Shown: positions 13,493 through 24,665, counted from the first letter of the whole stretch. The stretch is DNA of 63,511 nucleotides, filler included, from Octopus bimaculoides (GCF_001194135.2; 4 parts of 3 records of this genome joined end to end with filler, not necessarily neighbours in it); one strand, 5' to 3'. Numbers and translations are program-made. Notes: generated by a model from the letters alone, not told the origin.

Positions 13493-14044
13493 ATAATAAC
13501 ATTAGAATTTGAGAAGAAACGAACAAATTATGTGGTATCCATTTAAAGCATTCAAAATATAGTATACAGCATGCAATATCACGTTTATAAATATGACGTT
13601 TATAAATATCACGCTTATAAATTAGTATTTCTTATAATGAAACGATAGAAAACGAAAATTCTAAAAATAGACGCCTTCGGCAAATAGGAAGTTTCACATG
13701 TTTACAAAGCGATATTAATAATTTTGCTACCAATAACGGTAATAATCAGACGTTTCGGACATGAAACTAGGCCTAAGGGAGAGAAAATATTTTAAATATA
13801 TTTGAATCGTTTACTACAATGCTGGGAGATTAATCAAGAATAAAGTGGCAGATCAATAAAGAGATTAAACGTTGGAAGGTAACGGTGAGAATTGAAACAT
13901 TCGCTTGGAATCAAGATGTGATTAGAATTAAGGAAAAGTGACGCGTATCTTTCGCCCTTTCTGTTAGTTGTCACAGACGTCCTACTCTACCATTTCCAGT
14001 TTTCATTTTTAGTATATACAGTCGTATTTTTCACCGTATCTTAT

Positions 14045-14149
14045 TTGTTTTCTATCGCTGTGACCGCATATTATCATCCGTTCAGTCTTTTGGTTCTTTC
14101 CTCTCACACTATCTTTCTCTTCCTCCATTTTGTCCCACAGTCTCACAAT

Positions 14150-14182
<33 letters not shown>

Positions 14183-14303
14183 NNNNNNNNNNNNNNNNNN
14201 NNNNNNNNNNNNNNNNNNNNNNNNNNNNNNNNNNNNNNNNNNNNNNNNNNNNNNNNNNNNNNNNNNNNNNNNNNNNNNNNNNNNNNNNNNNNNNNNNNNN
14301 NNN

Positions 14304-14336
<33 letters not shown>

Positions 14337-14660
14337 TCACTCTCTCCTTCTCATTTACTATCTTTCTTTGACTCGAGCATGTCTCAACCCTTTATCACTA
14401 TCTACCGCTCACTCTTTAATTCTTTCGTTCTCTCTTGCCCCCTCTCTCTCCTTCACTATCTTTCCTTTGCTTTACCTTGTTTCATTCTTTCTCACTCTCT
14501 TTCTCCATTTCTAACTTTCCCTCGTTCTTTCATTATCTTTCTATCGCTTTAACTTGCTCCCCTCAATGCGCCTCTCACTATCACCCTCTGGTTCTCTTTT
14601 GCCCTCTTCTCTAACTATATCGCTTTCTCAAGCTTTCCATTACTCTCTTTTTCGCTGTAT
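14045..14660 (+). repeat. Long pyrimidine-rich, degenerate (CT)n region
   Basis: About 600 bp strongly dominated by C and T on the plus strand. Confidence 0.85.
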
Positions 14661-15239
14661 ACCAGGGGAGGTGGAGTACGGAGAGGAGGAGGAGAAGCAG
14701 GAGCCGGAGGAGCAGGAAGATGTGGGGAGTAGGAACAGATGAAAGACCATATTTGGTATCTTCAACGGAGATGTGTATTTAGGAGATGAGATTTTTCAAT
14801 TGCAAGTCACATGAGCTTCCTTTCTTTTCAGAGAGAAAACACGTGAGAAACAGAAAAGCAATTTGAGGGTCATTTCTAAGAAAATTAAACTTTCAAATTA
14901 AAACCTGCTGATATGTGTTGAGTGACAAATTAAAGGTGAAGCGTAGAAGAGAAACGGAATTCTAAATTTGACTGTCTCTATGGGGGTTAGAGCGACTCTT
15001 TCAGGGATTCGTTCTCGTTGTTGTGCAATGCTGATAGCCAATTATGGTATCCATTTGTGAGAAAGAAATGATGTGATTTACTGGGGTCAGAAAAGAGAAT
15101 TGTAATCTTTGGGGTGTATTCCAAGTTATCAAGAGAAATAGGAGTATAATGAAACAGAAACGTCAAAACCCACGTCTCACTCAATGTACCGTTACGTGTA
15201 TGTGTTTGTGTACGTGTGTTTAAGATATACGTATACACA

Positions 15240-15332
<93 letters not shown>

Positions 15333-15333
<1 letters not shown>

Positions 15334-15700
15334 CATTAAGTAAGGCTAATCTACGAATTAAAGTAGTGGAAAGGCCTGGTGCCCCTTTAAAATCTCTGAT
15401 CTGTAATACCTATCTCTTTGATAAGAACCCCTGTGCGCAGATCAGTTGTGTTGTATGTAGATTGAACCCACAGGTTAACTGTAAGGTTAGGAATGTAGTG
15501 TGTAGCTTACGGTGTACTGAAGGATAGTGTAAAAACATGACAGCTACCTACATAGGAGAGACTGCACGCAGCATAGGAGAGCGTATTGGTGAACATTAGC
15601 GAGAGCTCAAGGAAAAGAAAAACTCGTCAGTGTTCTACCAACATGCTCAGGCAGAACATGGAGGCACGATTAATAATATAGAGGTTAAAGTATCGATAAT
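15333..15700 (+). pseudogene. Penelope-like element GIY-YIG endonuclease fragment
   Basis: One frame with two stops: ...KNPCAQISCVVCRLNPQVNCKVRNVVCSLRCTEG*CKNMTATYIGETARSIGERIGEH*RELKEKKNSSVFYQHAQAEHG. Contains the YIGET..R..EH signature and upstream Cys motif typical of Penelope endonucleases. Confidence 0.8.
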
Positions 15701-17090
15701 ACTTCGGTATTTCATTGCTGGTGATGATACGGAAAAGAACTCATTGTTTCTCCTCAAGTCTGGTGTCGAGCAAGCAAACGAGTATTGATAGAGAAGCCTT
15801 GTGTTTCAAAGAATGTGACACCTAGACACTGAGTTTTGGGACCTTCCCTTCGAGTAAAGTTAACGAATGACAGTATCAAGCAGGCATCCCATCTGCCGAA
15901 TCAATTCTCTAGTGAACTGGCACGGATTTTCGAAAATGGGCTCATACAATCGATATTCAATGAATTGGACGTGTCTGCCGGAACGCAGAGATTCTCAGGT
16001 CGAATTTACAGTTCTGAGATTTGTGAAAGTTATTTTTGTGCCATTCTTACAGTACAAATATCTTGAGTGATTTTTGCAGGTATGGATCCTTGATTGAAAA
16101 CGAAGGATAACAGATATCACATCTGCCATTTTTGTTTTTATACTTTGCACTCTATCATCATATATACCTGATAAGAGAATACATACACCGAAATTTCAAA
16201 AGCGAAAGACAAGACACGAATGGAGCGACAGAAAATTGGAAAAAACTTTATAAATAAAAAGACAAATAAAAAACTTTTCTCGCTTGAAATAACACCGGAA
16301 AGAAACGAACGAATTTATCTGACAACCAAGTCTAGAAGTACGACTGTATGTGCTCGTGCGCGTTGGTATGTCTTTGGAAAGCTTATTTAGCACTTTTAAA
16401 TAATCTAATTTTCCCATTTTTTCCCATTTTGTTCTCAACTCATGTTTTGTCTAAATATAACTGTTCTCCTGCAAATATTCTCCATAGGTTAACGTGTTTG
16501 ATTTCATTGAATTAGTGAACATTTGTCATAAATCAGTCACCGGTCTAATCTTCGAAATCCCACATAAGCAACTGAAGACATAATTTTTAATGTCGTCATT
16601 ACAGCTGTCATTGAATTTGTGGTTAGTTCTTCGTTTTCTTTTCGCTTTCTTTAATTCTTTATTCAATGACCTCCTCGTCATTGTTCGCTTCTTTTTAGTT
16701 TTTTTCCATTGTCCACAATAGTTTGCTCTGATATCAAGTTAGAAAAATCGATCTTGTGGCCTTGTGAAAATTAATAATGCATAAAAGCTGACATAATGAA
16801 AAAGAGATTTATGGAAATTAGAATCAGTCGTTTGATACGATAGAACAGCACGTGGCTGAATAGATAAGGTAAGAGATGAAGTAAGAGATAATGAGGAAAA
16901 AGGTCCAAGTTTCGTGTCTTATATCAGTTTGTATGGTCAATATACTAAAACAGCTGAGACTGGTCAACTTCTTTAAAACCTTCATGAGTCACTGCATTAA
17001 ACTAGGAGTATGCAGCGTAAACTAATGGGTGCAATGTTACACCGAAGTGCTGTCATCGACATATATATATATATATAAATATATATATAT

Positions 17091-17573
17091 ATAAAGTCTA
17101 GTATATTGCCACTTAAGTGTGGCTGACCACTAGGGGTAGATGTTACTGTTGCTTTTAGCCCCAGGAGGACATCTCCTCTAGCTGGCTTATCGACACACTA
17201 CTGTGTCCTGTTTGCCAAGGGAAGTTATCCCTCCCATCATGATCTGTAGCACGAACGGACCCGGGTTTCAGGGTTATTTCCCTTCGTCGGCGTCCGATAG
17301 CCACTGATCCTTGATGAGAGAGATAATTTCTTGGCAATCTTATATATACTTTTCCAGTGAAATTCTTCACTGATATCGAAAAGGTGAAAACAAGCAATGT
17401 TAATTCTCTAAATGAAGTATTAACAGTAGCTGCACGATAAAGTGTAGTATATTGCCACTTAAGTGTGGCTGACCCCTAAGGGTGGATGTTACTGTTGCTT
17501 TTAGCCCCAGGAGGACATCTCCTCCAGCTGGCTTATCGACACACTACTGTGTCCTGTTTGCCAAGGGAAGTTA
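17091..17573 (-). mobile_element. Non-LTR retrozyme-like element: 346-bp unit plus 137-bp terminal redundancy, carrying one type I hammerhead
   Basis: Direct repeats 17091-17227 and 17437-17573 (5 mismatches in 137). Hammerhead at 17252-17296. No coding capacity. Several internal hairpins. Confidence 0.75.
17252..17296 (-). ncRNA. Type I hammerhead ribozyme motif, near-complete (U4C core variant)
   Basis: Minus strand: CGGACG-CCGACGA-AGGG AAAUAA CCCU-GAAA-C CCGG G-UC-CGUUCG. Stem I 6 bp, stem II 4 bp, palindromic stem III ACCCGGGU, GUC cleavage triplet. Confidence 0.8.
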
Positions 17574-17945
17574 AAATTTCTAGTTAACTAGAGGATAGCA
17601 CAGAAACATATGTAGGTTATTTCAAAATTATTTTTGTGATTTATAACTTATAATCAATTTATTTGTACTGTAATGTTTTAAAAGAAAGTTTTTACACTTT
17701 TCTATAAAATAAAAAAAATTTTTTCATACATCCAATTCTCTTCATTTTCTTTCCTTCAATATCAATAGTTCCAATAATCCCTAACATATCCAAGCGACCT
17801 TCGCATTATATGATAGTGATTAACGAGGGGAATTTCTTGGATTACATAATCCTTAATGAGGTTATAACTTCCTCGAATTTGATGGAAATATAGAGGTGCG
17901 TAAGGCGACTCAAGAAATCTCAAATGCGACATTTTATTATTGTAC

Positions 17946-17977
17946 CTGAAGAGACGCAGAACGGGTTGAAACCTGTA
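17946..17977 (+). ncRNA. Hammerhead motif remnant
   Basis: CUGAAGA-GACGC AGAAC GGGUU-GAAA-CCUG-UA. Core intact, stem II with one mismatch, stem I not evident. Followed by AATAAA. Confidence 0.5.
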
Positions 17978-18874
17978 CTGTACCCAATAAAGCCTATTAC
18001 AAATTCCATCTCCTATTTCATTAATGCTGTTATTATATAATATATATGTATGTATATATATATATATATATGTATATNNNNNNNNNNNNNNNNNNNNNNN
18101 NNNNNNNNNNNNNNNNNNNNNNNNNNNNNNNNNNNNNNNNNNNNNNNNNNNNNNNNNNNNNNNNNNNNNNNNNNNNNNNNNNNNNNNNNNNNNNNNNNNN
18201 NNNNNNNNNNNNNNNNNNNNNNNNNNNNNNNNNNNNNNNNNNNNNNNNNNNNNNNNNNNNNNNNNNNNNNNNNNNNNNNNNNNNNNNNNNNNNNNNNNNN
18301 NNNNNNNNNNNNNNNNNNNNNNNNNNNNNNNNNNNNNNNNNNNNNNNNNNNNNNNNNNNNNNNNNNNNNNNNNNNNNNNNNNNNNNNNNNNNNNNNNNNN
18401 NNNNNNNNNNNNNNNNNNNNNNNNNNNNNNNNNNNNNNNNNNNNNNNNNNNNNNNNNNNNNNNNNNNNNNNNNNNNNNNNNNNNNNNNNNNNNNNNNNNN
18501 NNNNNNNNNNNNNNNNNNNNNNNNNNNNNNNNNNNNNNNNNNNNNNNNNNNNNNNNNNNNNNNNNNNNNNNNNNNNNNNNNNNNNNNNNNNNNNNNNNNN
18601 NNNNNNNNNNNNNNNNNNNNNNNNNNNNNNNNNNNNNNNNNNNNNNNNNNNNNNNNNNNNNNNNNNNNNNNNNNNNNNNNNNNNNNNNNNNNNNNNNNNN
18701 NNNNNNNNNNNNNNNNNNNNNNNNNNNNNNNNNNNNNNNNNNNNNNNNNNNNNNNNNNNNNNNNNNTATATAACAGTACATATATACGATGTTGACCAAG
18801 GTAAACACATTGGAATGAATAAATCAACTTTAATAAATCACCATAAAGAATATTGCGGTAATTACCTTGAAAAG

Positions 18875-19105
18875 ACATCTTATTTCCTTACTGCCACAAG
18901 GGGCTACACATAGAGGGGGCAAACAAGGACAGACAAAGGGATTAAGTCGATTATATCGACCCTAGTGTGTAACTGGCACTTAATTTATCGACCTCGAAAG
19001 AATGAAAAGAAAAGTGGACCTCGGCCGAATTTGAACTCAGAACGTAGCCACAGACGAAATACCGCTAAGCATTTCGCCCAGCGTGCTAACGCTTCTGCTA
19101 GCTCG
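18875..19105 (-). mobile_element. SINE family A, full length
   Basis: Reverse-complement match. TSD ccttgaaaag at 18865-18874 and 19106-19115. Confidence 0.85.
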
Positions 19106-19164
19106 CCTTGAAAAGCTACCTTTTCACACAATGCATAAAAAGAAATATATTTTAGCGTTGTTAG

Positions 19165-19610
19165 ACGAGAATCGTTTGCTACGTGATTTCTACCTAATGT
19201 CTCTCCTCAGTGACATCCAACAGCTAGCTACATACCAGCCAAATCTCACTGCTGACGATATATCGAGTTCCAATGAATTTGCAGCCACTGATGTCATATA
19301 TAACCAGCAGGCTCGCTAAAAATAGTTATTAGAAATAGAAGCAGTGTTAATAACAAAATGCAATCTTTATATCCAAATTAGCGTGAATGTATTGTTAGAA
19401 CGCCAGATACGTGAGGATTTACCCTGGGAAAACTTTTCATATGCGTGTGCATGCTGCATTGAATCAGGTACATTTTATCGTTGGCAAACGAGAATCGTTC
19501 GATTAACGGCGTCGGAACTAGCAGTTCACGTGATTTCCACGTACTGCGTCTCTTCAGGGACAGTCATCTGTAAGTTGCATGCAAGGAAAATCTCAGTGCA
19601 AACGATGTGT
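19165..19610 (-). mobile_element. Old tandem unit (347-bp period) with two decayed hammerhead motifs; retrozyme or Penelope pLTR-like
   Basis: 19208-19259 vs 19555-19606 match 36/52 without gaps. The words acgagaatcgtt and acgtgatttc are repeated. Cores on the minus strand are CUGAGGA...GAAAUCACGU and CUGAAGA...GAAAUCACGUGA. Confidence 0.55.
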
Positions 19611-19655
19611 TTGTCTATATATACACACACAGACACAGTCACACAAACACACACA

Positions 19656-19697
<42 letters not shown>

Positions 19698-19767
19698 CAC
19701 ACACACACAATCACGCACAGACGTATAACCATATGATAGAATATATGCGTGTATCTACCTATCCATA

Positions 19768-19798
<31 letters not shown>

Positions 19799-20033
19799 GC
19801 GTGTATATCTAAATATACATGGATATATAATTAGAAAGACAAAGATATAGTTACACACGTTCATACGTACATACATATGTACATACATACATATGTGTAT
19901 GCATACATCATAAATACATACATACAGACATGCATATACACACACATTCATTCATGTTTTTTTATTCTTATTAATAAAATCTAAAAAATTAACTTCATGT
20001 TTTCACATTCGAACCTAAATGCATTTAAAAAGT

Positions 20034-20059
<26 letters not shown>

Positions 20060-20066
<7 letters not shown>

Positions 20067-20257
20067 TTATTTATTTATTTATTTATGTGTTTCAGCCAAG
20101 TGGCTGCGGTCATGCTGGTGCACCACCGTGATTTTCACGTTCCTCGCATGGCTCTTCTCCCCCACCTGACATGGTCCAATCAAGAGTTTTGATGGCACAT
20201 CTGGTGTATAAGAGAATTTGACATAGCTGCCCTAAACTGCGTCTCATTACGAGCCAT
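20060..20257 (-). mobile_element. LINE-like 3' end sharing its tail with SINE family B
   Basis: ggtgcaccagcatgaccgcagccacttggctgaaaca plus (TAAA)n, preceded by non-SINE coding-like sequence RAAMSNSLIHQ. Confidence 0.45.
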
Positions 20258-20301
20258 NNNNNNNNNNNNNNNNNNNNNNNNNNNNNNNNNNNNNNNNNNN
20301 N

Positions 20302-20313
20302 TTAATTAATTAA
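20302..20313. other. Artificial scaffold spacer TTAATTAATTAA within N run (also 33178-33189 and 53877-53888)
   Basis: The identical 12-mer, with stops in all six frames, is centred in 44-N flanks giving a 100-bp block three times. Confidence 0.92.
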
Positions 20314-20357
20314 NNNNNNNNNNNNNNNNNNNNNNNNNNNNNNNNNNNNNNNNNNNN

Positions 20358-20405
<48 letters not shown>

Positions 20406-20417
20406 AGTGTGTATATA

Positions 20418-20450
<33 letters not shown>

Positions 20451-20970
20451 CTATATATATACATATACACACATGTAAGTATGTACATATACGTATCTAT
20501 ATATGCATATATATATTATTTATATTAATATATGATTGAACACCACACATCCTCTTCCAAGTAAGTTGTATCTTAATAATTCTGATGCGCACTCTACAAT
20601 CATTTTACTCTTAGGTTTTTCTCTTATTCTTCTACCTCCCCCTCCTGTTTTTTCTCACTAATCCTATCTCTAATTTTTTCCTCTCCTCTTCACAGTTCTG
20701 TCTGTCACTCTCTCTCTCCCTCACTCTTCCTCCCTTGCTCACGTGGCTCCCACGTGACTATCGGCCATCTTTCTTCTCCTAACTTGTGTTTCTTTCTTTC
20801 TCTCCGTTGTAGCTGGATCAAGGAAGACATGTTCTTGTCTGTCTCCTGTCCAAGCTTGATTTACGCGTTCGCCACCACAACCGCGTTTAGGCTTAGCAGC
20901 CCTTCCTGTTTGGTTTTACTGTCCTGTTTGTGTTACCCTCCGCAAAATCCCCAATTTTATTTAATTTGCT

Positions 20971-21650
20971 GGATCTTTTTTAAAACGGGGGCCACATTTT
21001 TCATTAACGAAACACTTTGAAACTTGGAACANNNNNNNNNNNNNNNNNNNNNNNNNNNNNNNNNNNNNNNNNNNNNNNNNNNNNNNNNNNNNNNNNNNNN
21101 NNNNNNNNNNNNNNNNNNNNNNNNNNNNNNNNNNNNNNNNNNNNNNNNNNNNNNNNNNNNNNNNNNNNNNNNNNNNNNNNNNNNNNNNNNNNNNNNNNNN
21201 NNNNNNNNNNNNNNNNNNNNNNNNNNNNNNNNNNNNNNNNNNNNNNNNNNNNNNNNNNNNNNNNNNNNNNNNNNNNNNNNNNNNNNNNNNNNNNNNNNNN
21301 NNNNNNNNNNNNNNNNNNNNNNNNNNNNNNNNNNNNNNNNNACGGTTAGGGTTAGGGTTAAAGCAAATTTAAAATGAAAAAAGCAAATAAAACGAAGGTA
21401 TGGAGATTAAATACGCTTTACATCGCTTAATCAGCCAAGGAGTAAATGTAAACAACTGAATACTTGTCAGTGATTGGTTGAAATTATCGAAATAAGACAA
21501 TTTTTTACATGAAATAAATTCGAATACAAAAATATTTTTCTGTTCTATAACACAAAATAGATAAGTATACGAAGTTTGAAAGTCTTTCGGTACCAAAAAC
21601 ACTACGTAAAACATTAATGAAAAATGTGGCCCCCGTTTTAAAAAAGATCC
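20971..21650. mobile_element. Young MITE with perfect 37-bp TIRs and 8-bp TSD (Merlin- or hAT-type)
   Basis: TIR GGATCTTTTTTAAAACGGGGGCCACATTTTTCATTAA at 20971-21007 and inverted at 21614-21650. TSD AATTTGCT at 20963-20970 and 21651-21658. Interior partly N. Confidence 0.9.
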
Positions 21651-21839
21651 AATTTGCTTTGCGGGAGCAACTATTTTATCGAAAACGTATATTGTTGTTA
21701 AATGCTCGAAATACGAGAGTAGAAAATCAGCCAACAACTGATGATAGGTCGTTCTTTGTGTTGTTTGTCTTGTTTTCCATTTGTGGACCGGGTCCCTTTA
21801 TTTATCTTTGCTATCCAATTACTTTTACTTCTTATTCAT

Positions 21840-22562
21840 CATTTAAAATATCAAAATTGAAATTATTAATGAGTTCATTATATCTTCTGTTACTGGTAGA
21901 CACCTGGTATCAATATTCTTTAGCCAGTGTAGAACATTATTTCCAAATCCATCCAGTTCCGTTATGTATTTGGGATGTACCATCACACACTTAAATTGCG
22001 ATGGCACCTCCCTACAGATTACAGTGATTACATTTATTAAATTCTTCCCAATTGCTTATTACCTTTGATAACTCGGCATTCCTTGAGTTAAACATTACTA
22101 TGCTTTTTTTCCTCACAGGTTGGAGCTTGGGGCATTTGGTGCTCCTGTGTGCTTGCGGATAATTTGTCAATGTCAGATGGGGCAGGGTGGCTGTTGGTAT
22201 CTGCATGGGAAGGGTGGGACAAAGTGGGTCTGGATGGGAGTCTGGTGTGTGTGGGATAGGGGGTGGTCATAGTTCATAGATTGTTCTTTTTTCCTCCTCT
22301 TTCTACTCTTCCTTCCTACAATCTCCCATCCGTCACTGGTTTTCATTTCATCATCTTCCTCTGTACTTCTGCTGGTTCTTGTCGTTGGTGAAAGTGTGGT
22401 TTCTTTTGTGATTACGGGTTCTTGTTCTTTTACGGGCGGTGGTGGACATTCTGCTATAATGTGGCCTTATTGGCGACATTTGTAACAACCCGGGGTCCTG
22501 CCCTCCACTCTTACCATGAGTACCATGTCGTCTTCTAGGGCCTCCGTGTTGCTTTTTTTGAT

Positions 22563-22565
<3 letters not shown>
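21840..22565 (-). mobile_element. L1/Tx1- or I-like LINE fragment: ORF1 zinc knuckle and start of ORF2
   Basis: VLMVRVEGRTPGCYKCRQ*GHIIAEC (CX2CX4HX4C), then acidic/basic tail DGWEIVGRKSRKRRK and a decayed endonuclease start. Confidence 0.6.
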
Positions 22566-22608
<43 letters not shown>

Positions 22609-23325
22609 CTGGAGTCAATTCGTTGACTAAAATTCTTCAAGATGGTGCTCCAGTATGGATGCAGTCGAAAGACTGAAACAAGTAAAAAATAAAGATGAAT
22701 GTTTGTATGTATTAATATATAGTATGTATGTATGTACGCATGTATGCGTGTAGGCATGTATGTGTCTATATATATATATATATATATATNNNNNNNNNNN
22801 NNNNNNNNNNNNNNNNNNNNNNNNNNNNNNNNNNNNNNNNNNNNNNNNNNNNNNNNNNNNNNNNNNNNNNNNNNNNNNNNNNNNNNNNNTATATATATGT
22901 ATGTGTATATATATATATATATATGTATGTGTGTATGTAATATATATATATTTATGATATCTGAGCACCTACCACAAGACATTTTGCTCTCTACTTCTAC
23001 AAAACCATAAATATTAATGCATGATCTTCGCTGTCATTGTTGGTATCCATGTTACTCTACTTGTATCAACAATTCTCGTAAACCCTGCTTTTCTAAAAAC
23101 GAGGAATAACCTACCGTCTTCTCATTTATTTTCGTTTGACTTTAGATCTGCCAGAATTTATTTTCATTTCCACTTGTCATTGTTCTGTTGGACAACGGTT
23201 CTTACCATTTATGGTCCCGACCAAACATTTCACACACGTCGTACATACTTTACATATTTATAACATGTTTTATACTCTCTCTCTCTCTCTCTCTTCCTCT
23301 CTCTCTCTTCCTCTCTCTCTTCCTA

Positions 23326-23375
<50 letters not shown>

Positions 23376-24334
23376 NNNNNNNNNNNNNNNNNNNNNNNNN
23401 NNNNNNNNNNNNNNNNNNNNNNNNNNNNNNNNNNNNNNNNNNNNNNNNNNNNNNNNNNNNNNNNNNNNNNNNNNNNNNNNNNNNNNNNNNNNNNNNNNNN
23501 NNNNNNNNNNNNNNNNNNNNNNNNNNNNNNNNNNNNNNNNNNNNNNNNNNNNNNNNNNNNNNNNNNNNNNNNNNNNNNNNNNNNNNNNNNNNNNNNNNNN
23601 NNNNNNNNNNNNNNNNNNNNNNNNNNNNNNNNNNNNNNNNNNNNNNNNNNNNNNNNNNNNNNNNNNNNNNNNNNNNNNNNNNNNNNNNNNNNNNNNNNNN
23701 NNNNNNNNNNNNNNNNNNNNNNNNNNNNNNNNNNNNNNNNNNNNNNNNNNNNNNNNNNNNNNNNNNNNNNNNNNNNNNNNNNNNNNNNNNNNNNNNNNNN
23801 NNNNNNNNNNNNNNNNNNNNNNNNNNNNNNNNNNNNNNNNNNNNNNNNNNNNNNNNNNNNNNNNNNNNNNNNNNNNNNNNNNNNNNNNNNNNNNNNNNNN
23901 NNNNNNNNNNNNNNNNNNNNNNNNNNNNNNNNNNNNNNNNNNNNNNNNNNNNNNNNNNNNNNNNNNNNNNNNNNNNNNNNNNNNNNNNNNNNNNNNNNNN
24001 NNNNNNNNNNNNNNNNNNNNNNNNNNNNNNNNNNNNNNNNNNNNNNNNNNNNNNNNNNNNNNNNNNNNNNNNNNNNNNNNNNNNNNNNNNNNNNNNNNNN
24101 NNNNNNNNNNNNNNNNNNNNNNNNNNNNNNNNNNNNNNNNNNNNNNNNNNNNNNNNNNNNNNNNNNNNNNNNNNNNNNNNNNNNNNNNNNNNNNNNNNNN
24201 NNNNNNNNNNNNNNNNNNNNNNNNNNNNNNNNNNNNNNNNNNNNNNNNNNNNNNNNNNNNNNNNNNNNNNNNNNNNNNNNNNNNNNNNNNNNNNNNNNNN
24301 NNNNNNNNNNNNNNNNNNNNNNNNNNNNNNNNNN

Positions 24335-24383
<49 letters not shown>

Positions 24384-24629
24384 CAGTCTGTGTGTGTGTG
24401 TAATTGATCACGAAGAGGAGAGTGGAGAGTTATTCACATCCAAAACTTCTTATTAAAATGTTTTCTACAGAATATATAATATTGACCTGCATGTTTCGAC
24501 TGCAGCGACTGTACATTGCTCTGTATGCCATTATGCATCCTAGTCGCTGCAATTTCATTCAAGGTCCATCACTCACGTTGTTTTCAAAGATTGACCCTCG
24601 CATAAGGTTTAAGATGGAAAAAAGTGGAG

Positions 24630-24665
24630 CTGTGACGTTTCGTGCATCACTCTTCGTCAGAAAGA
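24630..24665 (-). ncRNA. Minimal hammerhead motif with intact core and decayed stems
   Basis: CUUU-CUGACGA-A-GAGU GAU GCAC-GAAAC-GUC-ACAG. One mismatch each in stems I and II. The downstream tccacttt is shared with the 6.2-kb copy. Confidence 0.55.

Noticed and set aside
14667-14748. Purine-rich exon-like segment after the pyrimidine tract
   Set aside because: Low-complexity GAG/GGA sequence with a weak donor and no recognisable product.
20302-20313. TTAATTAATTAA islands inside gaps (three copies)
   Set aside because: Assembly spacer with stops in all six frames; not biological.
21343-21359. TTAGGG repeats as a telomere or chromosome fusion site
   Set aside because: They lie inside a MITE delimited by perfect TIRs and TSD.
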